From Bugula neritina (taxonomy: Eukaryota > Animalia > Bryozoa), in assembly GCA_964035545.1 (NCBI GenBank), contig OZ037766.1, forward strand, positions 32,912,773 to 32,976,772: a stretch of 64,000 nt of DNA, given 5' to 3'. The notes under the pieces are model-generated. The model made no database searches, was not told where the DNA came from, and saw only the letters and a program-made list of their open reading frames with translations. The position numbers and the translations under genes are program-made. Numbering within the stretch: position 1 is the stretch's first letter; every line of letters begins with the position of its first letter. Below are positions 12,862 to 23,560 of the stretch, one piece after another.

Positions 12862-13158
12862 TTTTATAGAGCATAACTGAAAGGAAATAAAAATATCGCA
12901 GAGTGATTATGTATAAATATTAGTTCAATGCCAACCTCAAGAGAGATGCAATACCTATTTAAAGATGTGCTCCTGTGAAAATTTTTATCTGTAGACTGTT
13001 GATATATCATTAGTCATATGTTTGTTGTTATTTCGACTTATTACCACTAAATGCACTTTCTTGAAACAAGATGAGTGATAAAAAACCAGTTTGAAACAAT
13101 GTTGCGCAACCCTTCACATGGGTTCAATATTTCAGATAAATTATATTGCGTGTTACAA
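12862..13158 (+). repeat. Diverged partial copy of the dispersed segment
   Basis: Shares TTATAGAGCATAACTGAAA, TAGACTGTTGATAT..ATTAGTCATATGTTTGT and CTAAATGCACTTT..TGA.ACAAGATGAG with 1680-1990. Confidence 0.75.
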
Positions 13159-13258
13159 CTGAGTGCTTTAAGTAATATATAAACAACCCACTTTCAATTG
13201 GGATGATATAAAACTACAGAAGTATATAAGGAGATGAAGAAAGAGTAAAATACATGCA

Positions 13259-14497
13259 ATGTAAATACTCCTGTACTCTGTGTGTAAGTACTCCTGTACT
13301 CTGTGTGTAAGTACTCCTGTACTCTGTATGTAAATACTCCTGTACTCTGTATGTAAGTACTCCTGTACTCTGTATGTAAGTACTCATGTACTCTGTGTGT
13401 AAGTACTCCTGTACTCTGTGTGTAAGTACTCCTGTACTCTGTATGTAAGTACTCATGTACTCTGTGTGTAAGTACTCCTATACTCTGTATGTAAGTACTC
13501 CTGTACTCTGTGTGTAAGTATTCCTGTACTCTGTATGTAAGTACTCCTGTACTTTGTGTGTAAGTACTCCTGTACTCTGTATGTAAGTACTCCTGTACTC
13601 TGTATGTAAGTACTCCTGTACTTTGTGTGTAAGTACTCCTGTACTCTGTATGTAAGTACTCCTGTACTCTGTATGTAAATACTCCTGTACTCTGTATGTA
13701 AGTACTCCTGTACTCTGTATGTAAGTACTCATGTACTCTGTGTGTAAGTACTCCTGTACTCTGTGTGTAAGTACTCCTGTACTCTGTATGTAAGTACTCA
13801 TGTACTCTGTGTGTAAGTACTCCTGTACTCTGTGTGTAAGTACTCCTGTACTCTGTGTGTAAGTATTCCTGTACTCTGTATGTAAGTACTCCTGAACTTT
13901 GTGTGTAAGTACTCCTGTACTCTGTATGTAAGTACTCCTGTACTCTGTGTGTAAATACTCCTGTACTCTGTATGTAAGTACTCCTGTACTCTGTATGTAA
14001 GTACTCATGTACTCTGTGTGTAAGTACTCCTGTACTCTGTGTGTAAGTACTCCTGTACTCTGTATGTAAGTACTCATGTACTCTGTGTGTAAGTACTCCT
14101 ATACTCTGTATGTAAGTACTCCTGTACTCTGTGTGTAAGTATTCCTGTACTCTGTATGTAAGTACTCCTGTACTTTGTGTGTAAGTACTCCTGTACTCTG
14201 TATGTAAATACTCCTGTACTCTGTATGTAAGTACTCCTGTACTTTGTGTGTAAGTACTCCTGTACTTAGTGTGTAAGTACTCCTGTATTCTGTATGTAAG
14301 TACTTCTGTACTCTGTATGTAAGTACTCCTGTACTCTGTATGTAAGTACTCCTGTACTCTGTATGTAAGTACTCCTGTACTCTGTATGTAAGTACTCATG
14401 TACTCTGTATGTAAGTACTCCTGTACTCTGTGTGTAAGTACTCCTGTACTCTGTATGTAAGTACTCCTGTACTCTGTATGTAAGTACTCCTGTACTG
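13259..14497. repeat. 23-bp minisatellite (GTAAGTACTCCTGTACTCTGTRT)n between the two deaminase genes
   Basis: Direct inspection; it explains the repetitive ORFs at 13194-14540. Confidence 0.97.
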
Positions 14498-15045
14498 TAT
14501 TAAATTTTGTTCTATGCAATATACTGACTTTGTTAAACAATTAAGTGGAGGAGTTTGTTTCTCCTATTGCTTAGGTATAGGTCATGCTACTGGTCTGTGT
14601 TGGAAATGGGACAACTCTTAAAACAACTCTTATGAACAGATAAGATTAATATAGTGTATTAATTTCTTTCAAGCATAATTTCTATCTTTTATTAAATCAC
14701 AAAGATACATAAACTTTCAACATGCAAATATTGTAACTCAGTGTATACCCGACACTTACACTATCAAATAATACAATATACTACATTTCATACCATATAA
14801 CATTACGGCCATATCATATTACAGCAATATTATATCACAAGCAATTAATATCGCAGCCCTATTATATCATGTTTGAGTATATGTTTCTCATCTATATCTG
14901 AGATTTCTATTTTGATAAGCGAATCAACTGCCAGTACAGTAGCTGTTGTTTAGTAAGTAGAGCACCCAAAGCCTCCCATCTCTTAAATCACACAGCTATT
15001 GCATGATATAAGGCTAATGGTTAAATAAAACAAGGTAGGCGGAGC

Positions 15046-15092
15046 TTACATCAAGTAACCAATAGTTGAATGCAGGAGTTAGGTATTTAAGG
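15046..15092 (+). promoter_or_regulatory. Putative core promoter of deaminase copy 2
   Basis: AGGCGGAG (GC-box-like), then CCAAT, then TATTTAAG (TATA-like), in canonical order 35-80 nt upstream of the ATG at 15125. Confidence 0.4.
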
Positions 15093-15124
15093 AGCTGCAT
15101 GCTTACAGCTTACTCGTTCTTCAG

Positions 15125-15760
15125 ATGGGAACTCAATTCAGAGAACAAACAACTTTACAGTCAATTGACATAATATTTTCTATTAATTCACTTTTAAAAG
15201 AGTTACACTTTACAGCTAGTAACAGAAGAGGACAAATTATGGTAGTACACGAGGTTGAAGTAATTAAGGATGAAAGAGGGCGTGCCTTTAATTCTATAGT
15301 TTTACATAAATTTAATAATAAAGAATATGTTAATAAACGTTTTAATGAATGCTCTGAATCATTAAAATCAAAAGTAAAAAAATATACTAGATTTAAAGAA
15401 TTTAAAACTAAAAAACTAAAAGTTCACACTGAATTACAGTTTATATTGGAAGATAGTATCAATTATATACGTAGCGACAGGCTTTATATAATATACTCTT
15501 ATTATATTCCTTGTGCTGGGAATAAGAGTAGTATTGTATCCTGTGCTGAGAAATTGGTTCAGTTTGTGAACGATTATAATATCAATATAATAGTTGTCTA
15601 TAGTGATGATCATGATAATACAGATGTTAATAAATCCTTAGAAATATTGAAAGGAGGAAACATCAAAACAATGTTTTTAGATAAAATAAATATTATCCCA
15701 ATTATAAGTAGTGAAATAGAATATGAAATAGATAGGTTGTGCAAAAAGAAATTATTGTAG
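15125..15760 (+). CDS. AID/APOBEC-like zinc-dependent deaminase, copy 2, intronless, 211 aa
   Basis: Complete ATG-to-TAG ORF with KVHTELQFIL and LYIIYSYYIPCAGNKSSIVSCAEKL, followed by a strand4/helix/strand5-like pattern (INIIVVY...SLEILKGGNIK). No signal peptide. GC-box, CCAAT and TATA-like motifs lie just upstream. Confidence 0.8.
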   Translation: MGTQFREQTTLQSIDIIFSINSLLKELHFTASNRRGQIMVVHEVEVIKDERGRAFNSIVLHKFNNKEYVNKRFNECSESLKSKVKKYTRFKEFKTKKLKVHTELQFILEDSINYIRSDRLYIIYSYYIPCAGNKSSIVSCAEKLVQFVNDYNINIIVVYSDDHDNTDVNKSLEILKGGNIKTMFLDKINIIPIISSEIEYEIDRLCKKKLL

Positions 15761-16176
15761 TTTATAAAAATAACATAAATTTAAAAAAAGATTTAAAAAG
15801 AAATTTTAAAATTTTTTAAAAACATAAACAAAATTAAAACAAATTACAAAAACTTTAAAAAAAAAATTTAAAATAGATGTGTTGTGCAATAAAAAGTTAT
15901 TGTAGTTTATAAAATTAAAATAAATTTAAAAAATATTTACAAAACAAAACTTAAATAAATATAAAACATATCCAAAAAAATGAAATTCAAATAAATTTAA
16001 ATAAATTAAATAAAATTTAAAGTAAACTAAATAGCATACACAACTTTACTTGAAATAAAATTTGTTTCAGCTTTTTAAACAACAGCTTAAAAGTTTAGCT
16101 GCACTCAATACTATGGAATATGAAGATCAATTTATTCAAAGCCAGGGAACTGTCAAAGGTTGTTTTCTGTTTTGGG

Positions 16177-16452
16177 TTTAGAAGAGCGCTTACATTACAT
16201 ATGCGCAGTATGTATTGTGAAATTATCTATCTATAGTGGAACATTGGCCTACTGGGGAACGTCACCACTTAGAAGGGAGCTTACCATGCATATGTACAAT
16301 ATGTATTGTGAAAGTCACTATCTAAGTGGAGTATAGCCCTAGTGGGAAACGTTGCCACTTAGAAGAGAGTTTACAGTGCATATGTACAGTGTGTATTGTG
16401 AAATTTACCATCTAAAGCGGAATATAGACCTGCTGGGGAACCGCCACTTGAA
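16177..16452. repeat. Three diverged ~91-bp tandem repeats
   Basis: TTAGAAG..GCTTAC..CATATG..TGTATTGTGAAA..GGGAAC..CCAC occurs three times. Confidence 0.75.
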
Positions 16453-16544
16453 AAAAGGGTAGTGCGCCATTGTACCAACCTCAGAGGTGGTGTGGAATCG
16501 GTACACAGGCAATATAGCCTGATGAATAGCAATGACACTTTAAT

Positions 16545-16880
16545 TGTGACCCCTTAGTTATGACACTTTAGTTATGACACCTTAGTTGTGACACCTTAGC
16601 TGTGACACCTTAGTTGTGACACCTTAGTTGTGACACCTTAGTTGTGACACCTTAGTGTGACACCTTAGCTGTGACACCTTAGTTGTGACAACACCTTAGT
16701 TTTGACACCTTAGTTGTGACACCTTAGTGTGACACCTTAGTGTGACACCTCAGTTGTGACACCTTAGTGTGATACCTTAGCTGTGACACCTTATAGTTGT
16801 GACACCTTAGTTGTGACACCTTAGTTGTGACACCTTAGTTGTGACACCTTAGTGTGACACCTCAGTTGTGACACCTTAGT
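16545..16880. repeat. 14-bp minisatellite (TAGTTGTGACACCT)n
   Basis: Direct inspection. Confidence 0.95.
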
Positions 16881-17222
16881 TGGACGGCAGATACTGGGGA
16901 AATGCTCTTACAACACATCTGTGCTGGCCGACAGCTTTGCTCTCTCAAATTCCAATGTAAAATGGTAGAATTTTGTCTCAAATTCTGGTTTTGGTATTTA
17001 GCTTTTAAAATATTCAACAACAAACAAATAATATTATGCTGTAAATATTCGCATGCTTTCCTTACCAACCTTTGCCTGAGTACTTTCTATAATAATTAGT
17101 TAACTTTTATTGTATTTGATGAGTGGCTACCTCTAGACATATGTCAAATCAAATAGCACACTATATTTGTTGCTGAGTAGATATTGCGCAATGACATAGT
17201 TTATTTACAGTGAATTATACAA

Positions 17223-18513
17223 TAGGGGAGAGTAGGGCTAGTTGGACCACATGCTCTAAATTTCCTTCTTTAAATCGTTACACTATTTTACCTCCTTTAC
17301 TTAAGAGGGTGTTAGGTGAAATACCTGCAGATGTCTTGAAATATATGGAATGAAAACAGAAGTTTTCAGGTGAGTATTTTTCACATTTTTTGCATAAAAA
17401 TTGAGCAAATTAAGAGTTCATTTGTTCATAAAAAGTTGCATAGATTCCCAAATGTCATTAGCCCAGTCAAGTAATTTCAGGCATGTGTATTGTCAACATG
17501 ATTTCAAAGTTGAGCAATGACAAAGTTGTAGAGATATATCATTCACAGCAGATATTGGCAATAGTTTGTAGCATGACAGTGTGGGGCTAGTTGAACCAGA
17601 TACAACTTGCCTTGCTAATTATTTCACTATGTTCATTACAATTGAGAGCACTAATTTGTGCATTTAAGTATGTCATTTTCTTAATTAAAATTTTTTTGCC
17701 CAATACCTAATACAAACATACATTTAGTCCTAAAACAATGAAAATGTAGGTGAACGGGGTAATTCAAATATTCTGCAAATGTTTTCAGAATGGTGAAAAA
17801 CTACATATAGGAAGCAAACAGAGGAACAGATAAGGAAAGCTTAACTACAGCAATGAATATGGTAAAGCAAGGCAGTGGGGTAAATCAACCACCATTAAGT
17901 TGAGATCCCTCAAACAGCCCTCTATGAAAGTAGATTATGGTCAGCTATGCTATGTATTTTCTGATGTCATATGAGAGGACCCGCTTCATTATATTTGTAT
18001 AAACTTGTTGAAGAATAAATTATGAAAAGGCAACTTTTAAAAGTTTTCCTTATATATACCTGCTGCTGTTTGAGTTTTAAAGCATCTTCTGTATATTGCC
18101 AACCTGTGAGATGTTAAATGGTTACAATGACATCACATCCAGAGTTTCTGTTATTTGTTTATGCCCATTTAATTTTATTTTTCATGTTTTTGTGTTATAA
18201 GTTAATCTTTAATAAATCACTTTTCAGTTCGCTAAATAGTGAAAACAATTTAATTACAAAATGCTGGCACTAATTCAACTTTCCCACAGTGCGTTTTAAA
18301 TTGCCACCGACCAGGCCGGTTGTGTCAAAAGACTTACAGGTAAAAATAGGCTCTGTCCTGTTGAATAAGTGTTTCTGCATTCAGATTTAATAGACAAAGA
18401 CAGCAACACATGACTGACTTTCATGGTGCTGGTCTTTGAATTGGCAATACATTTCTTCAAAACCTATAATGCTCAAAAAAAAATTTTTGGTTCAACTAGC
18501 CCCATCCTTCTCT
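17223..18513 (+). mobile_element. Degraded pogo/Tc1-mariner-like DNA transposon
   Basis: Imperfect TIRs TAGGGGAGAGTAGGGCTAGTTGGACCA and TGGTTCAACTAGCCCCATCCTTCTCTA, with an internal TIR copy at ~17580. A decayed HTH-psq-like N-terminus (MVKNYI*...ESLTTAMNMVKQG...IPQTAL) lies at ~17790-17925. Confidence 0.55.
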
Positions 18514-20233
18514 ACACTACAACTGTTATGATAATCATAATGCGGTTAATAGAAATTATATAAGTGTAACTTAAGTAAGGTCACGGTAAAATTAATAATA
18601 AAAGAAATTAAAAAATCAAAAAAGTGATATAAATTACGTCATAACTTTCAGCAGTAATAATCCACCAGTTTTATTTAAAAGCACTCAACAATAATATTCT
18701 GGAAATAAAATAAATTGTGTTTCCATATAACAACTCTATACTAAAAAAATATATATGGTATACAAATTCGATAAAGAAATTGTCATAGCTGTTTAACTTG
18801 TATATATCTGTGGTTTGAATTCAAGATAAAAGCAGTAAATTTAATTTAGAGATGAACCTAGCTTCTATAAATAACTCAACAAATAACACACATGTATTAT
18901 ACAACACTGCAGTGCTGGAGTGTCACTATCAGTAGAGATACAATATTGTGTTCAAGTTGGTCTGTATTATGTCTAAAGATCATGGTATGTTGATATATAC
19001 AGATATGTCTGCTACAAGTCATTGCGAAAAAAGAAGCATGCTACTTTTCATTCATTGTATAAAGTATTCCCAGCACCATTCTGTAACTCAACTGCATGAT
19101 TTTAGATTTTGCTGATTGGAATGATAATGCACCCAGATGTAAGAGTAACTGGTGATTATATTATGGTAATGTCAATATGATAGTTCCTTAGAAATTGCTA
19201 TATTTTATAATAATTTTAGTAATGCTTATAAACTTATTACATAGTATTAGATTTATAATATATATGTAAGGACTTATATTACTAATAATATGTCTACATG
19301 TGGAATAATGACTCATATTTAAATAATGTAATTTTGTTGCATTCATTTGCAAAATGCTGTTTTATTGGTGTAACCATTACTTGTACATACTAGTTGTTTA
19401 TGCTCTTTATAATTCAACCATACCCACAGTAACTTGATGAGCCTAGCCATATGCAATGGGCTAAACTCTAATGTTTTACTGTCTATTATACAGCATCACT
19501 GAAAGTGAATAAAGGCCCCTCTAAGTGATGATGTATGACTATTCAGTAAAGAATCATGTATTAGTTCAGTGACATTCAATACTGTGCTGCTGTGAATATT
19601 TACATTGTAAAACTGTTGATATTTAATTAGTCATAATAATATGCTGAATATTTCAACTAAATGCACTTTTTTAAGACAAGATGAGGAGTGAAATAAAAAT
19701 TTTGTGCAACATGAATTTTTTTGTGCAATCAATTTCTCTTTCATATGGATTCAATATTTTAGGCAACTTATATTGTATGTTACAAAAAGCATTTTTACTG
19801 CTGTGCTCTGTGGGAACATGTTCACTTCAACCAATTCATTTGAATGCTGACTATGTAAATGCATCATAAATAATGCATAATAGTTATCAGTAACTTCTCT
19901 ATGTCAATACAGCAGACCCTTTCTCTAAACTCATAAGTTATCCATGCATATAGACTAAACAAGTTTAATATAGAAACCCGATTCTTCTATAGAAAATCTA
20001 TTAGTTTAGCTGCTGTCTCTGTGGCAACAAGACGTTGTTTACTTAATCAGTTCCCTTCAATCATTTCATTTGAATGCCTACTATGTAAATGCATCATAAA
20101 TAATACATAACCCCACTTTTCTATGTCAATACAGCAGACCCTTTCTCTAAACTCATAAAGTTATCCATGCATATAGACTAAACAAGTTTAATATAGAAAC
20201 CTGATTCTTCTATGGAAAATCTACTAGTTTAGC
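18058..20233 (+). repeat. Third copy of the dispersed segment, with an internal duplication; ends at a hAT TIR
   Basis: Colinear with ~1010-2230, with extra blocks; ~19825-20040 is repeated at ~20050-20233. Confidence 0.85.
18913..19144 (+). pseudogene. Possible decayed Sushi/CCP-domain exon pair
   Basis: AG/GT-bounded segments 18913-18984 and 19106-19144 join in phase to LECHYQ*RYNIVFKLVCIMSKDHDFADWNDNAPRCK, matching the C...W-x4-P-x-C end of a CCP module, with one internal stop. Confidence 0.35.
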
Positions 20234-21190
20234 TCAGTGGTTCCCAGTCTTTTTCATACTATTCCCCCTTTCATAAAGATTGACTATTAATTCCCTCTTC
20301 CTTTGAAGAGAATATAGAATGAGAATATATGATACAATGCAATATATTTTGTTCTATTATATTTGCATATAATATAATTATTATAATTTAGCAATATTAT
20401 TGTTATTTTAATGCTATAAAACACAGAGCAGTCCAATTATTAATGTTATGGCTTCAGTTGATGCTTTTGTGCCAGCTTGCTTAAGCCTGGCTCTGTCTTT
20501 GACCAGCCCCAGCTTAAGTCACTCTGCAGGTTAAGGCAGTTTCTCTTCTCTTTGAATTGGTGAGAATCCTACCTCACACGGTTAGGTGGTGCTGAATGGC
20601 ACCAAAACTCTGCTTTGTCAGCTATGTGTGGGAAGAGTTTGCTTGTTGAAGCTCAGAATGATTTTAGGTTAAAATGGCGCATGTAAAAATGGCAAAGGTA
20701 ATAATGGCACAAATAGAAAAAGTAGGTAAAAACGGCACACTGATAATAATTTTTTTCAAAATCAAACCCCAAACCCTCCACTCCAAGTTCCCAGCCCTTG
20801 AACTCAAATCCCCACTTCCCAAACTCCAGGACCCCAAGTACAAACCCAAAACCCTTACCTCAAACTCCTTCATCAAACTCCAAACCCCCCACCTCAATAT
20901 TGGAAACCATGTGCCATTATTACACTTTTTCAATTTGTGCCATTATCACCTGTATAATTTCTACTGAACACTACCCACAATACATCAATTGGGGAAGACT
21001 TCAAATCATCCTTCATTGCTGAATTGTGAACTAGCTCAATGAAATCTTCATGTAAATCCTCTGAAATCTTTTCAAAAAAGCGTTGCGATGGGTCACATAG
21101 CAAGTTAAGAATCTGCTCTTTCTTTTTGAGAAGTAGCTCAGAGAAATACGGTTAAAAGTCTAATAGAGGTTCAGAGAGATGCCCAGAAGT
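20234..21190 (-). mobile_element. Degraded hAT (Buster/Charlie-type) transposon 3' end, split by a MITE
   Basis: CAGTGGTTCCCA terminus at 20234. Minus-strand remnants: FPHIADKA / VLVPFSTT*PCEVGFS...RNCLNLQSDL (hAT dimerisation domain) and EDLHEDFIELVHNSAMKDD. Confidence 0.7.
20666..20970. mobile_element. MITE-like element with AAAATGGCAC-rich inverted ends
   Basis: Left end GGTAATAATGGCACAAATAGAAAAAGT is inverted at the right (ACTTTTTCAATTTGTGCCATTATCACC). It interrupts the hAT remnant, and a related partial copy lies at ~21224-21406. Confidence 0.6.
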
Positions 21191-21971
21191 TTTTTGAAAA
21201 AAGAATCTGGAACAGGTGGTATCCGGTAAAAATGGGGCGGGTAAAAAGGGCACAGGTAATAATGGTACAAATGAAAAATTAAGTAAAAATGGCACATTTT
21301 CAATATTAGCATTGAAGATTTGAGTTGGGGGCTATAGGCGTTCATGATGGCGGGGGGGAGTTTAGAGATTTGGGAAAATTTAACACCAGTGTGCAATTTT
21401 TACCTAAAATCGGAACAGGTTCTTCTCCTATAAAAATTCATTGAGTGTGGGAAAGACACCATGTTTTTAATAAAAATACCACCACTTTAGTGTAACTTTA
21501 AAACGTTGCTGCTGCTATGAAAAGCAATGATATGATGATTGCACTCCTGCATTTTGTTTAGTTTTGCAAATATATTCACTAGGTATGTAGTATATAACAA
21601 TCCATAGAAATTGACTTGCATGCATGGCTGCTAAAAGTTGGCCTGTTGGTTTTTGCAAATCTTTTGACTTCCATTCGAAATAGCACAGCAAGCAGTTATG
21701 GTAGAGTAATTAATAAACACATTCATGTAGAAGAAAACTGAGATTGCAAAATATGGTTTGGTTACATAGATGAACTATTAGGTGAAGATTCAGGGCGCTT
21801 TCGGATTCCCTACGTAGTTACTTTTTAGTGTGAACAGAACAAAATATTTATTTCACTATTCATTCAATAATGTTTTAATTACACTGTTTATATTGTTCGA
21901 AGCTTCAAACTACTATTTCATGATATTTTAGCTTGGTTAGATCTTAGTCAATTTTAACCTATAAAATTATA

Positions 21972-21972
<1 letters not shown>

Positions 21973-22055
<83 letters not shown>
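21973..22055. repeat. (TA)n microsatellite
   Basis: Direct inspection. Confidence 0.98.
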
Positions 22056-22059
<4 letters not shown>

Positions 22060-23034
22060 TGCTCAGCCAGAAATTTTGCAACTTTTTCTTTTAAAACAGT
22101 GAAATAAAAAAAAAATAAAATCCAAAGTTGATGACTCGTTATACGTGAAATATCAAACTATGTTAACAGTGGAGAGCCATAGAGATAGGCTGTGTTCTAA
22201 CAAATTTTGTGAAAATATCTTAGGGCGGCCGGGGGGGGGGGGCCTACGATTAATAGTATGCTTTTTCATAAGATGATAGAACACAGGCTCTGTCTGTCAC
22301 ATGACATGAATGCTGTTTAAACTGGAGATATTTTAGATAAAGTAGAAAATATTTATGTTATTCTTTGATCTACCAAAAACTTTCATCCCACATCAAATTT
22401 CTTTAAACTATGTTCATAGTTGAAACCAGAGATGATCTATTGAGAGCGGCGACTTTAAGGCATTGTCTGCTATTTTGATACTTATTTGTAGGAGGCGTGG
22501 CTCATATTACAATATGCTTATAGTGAATAGTTGCGTGATAAATTAATTTAGTTTTTAAGCCTTTGTTACATGTTTCCACAAAAGATTTATAATGATGATT
22601 ATAAATAAACTATTCAATTAAACAAATTATATTTTGTTATCAACAGACACCTCTTTTCATTGCAGGTTCAACTTGGGCACATTTTTACTGGCACTCAACA
22701 TGGTTGTAATTCATGACCTTAATCCATAGCGTTTTATACGTTCTAACTTTATGAACAAGTTCAAGAACAAATTGAAAAAACTTTCATTAAACAAATATTA
22801 TTAAATAAATTATTTAGTGATTGTTTGTATGACTAAAGGTGTGAACTAAGTCTTGGATAATATTTTTTTTAAATAATTAATCAAATAATAATAATTTCCT
22901 AAACTCTAAAAGATTTATAATATAATCAAGTTGAATAACTTTGAACTTTATAATATGAATCTATTAAGCTACACATGCATAATTATTAGTGATAATTAGA
23001 TGATTAAGCAATTTATTAAATTTTGCAGGAAACT

Positions 23035-23560
23035 CTACAGGTACAGACTGGAATTGCAAGCTATAGCATTGAAGGTGTTAATACAGGAATTCATGTTATG
23101 GGGTGAGGATTTCATAAATTTAAGGGTGTTATTTAGGGTTGGAAATAAGTCCTCATTAGCAGTTATAATACGGCACAACAAAGAAATTCTCTGTGACTGT
23201 CTACGCTTTCGTAAGGTTTCTAGGCCTAGGTCAAATTTGGCATCTGTTACCGATACTTCTCTACCCTTTAAATTTTTAATGAGCCGTACAGCCTTATTTT
23301 GAGTAACTTCTAATTTTGTTATCAGACTTTCACTGCATGGGTGCCATACTTCAGCAGCATATTCCAGGAGAAGTCTATACGGAAATTTCAACATTTTCTG
23401 GGCCATTTCCTATAAACCTGACCAGTCCTAACACTCTTTATGCCTCTAAGATTACACTTTTGACATGCTGGTTCCATTTCAAATCTGCTGATAACAATAT
23501 TCCAAGATATTTTACAATTCCAACTCTATTCAGGAATCATCTCCTAATTTATACGTAAAG
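23035..23560 (-). mobile_element. Degraded non-LTR retrotransposon (LINE) ORF2 3' fragment
   Basis: KYLGILLSADLKWNQHV followed, after disruption, by LEYAAEVWHP...KLEVTQNKAVRLI...LGLETLRKRR; typical of the end of, and region after, the RT domain in CR1/L2-like LINEs. Confidence 0.75.

Noticed and set aside
13194-14540. 448-aa repetitive ORF and overlapping ORFs
   Set aside because: A 23-bp minisatellite read through three frames in turn; no unique domain.
20664-21396. Short ORFs on both strands around 20.7-21.4 kb
   Set aside because: They lie within MITE and hAT remnants and are low-complexity.
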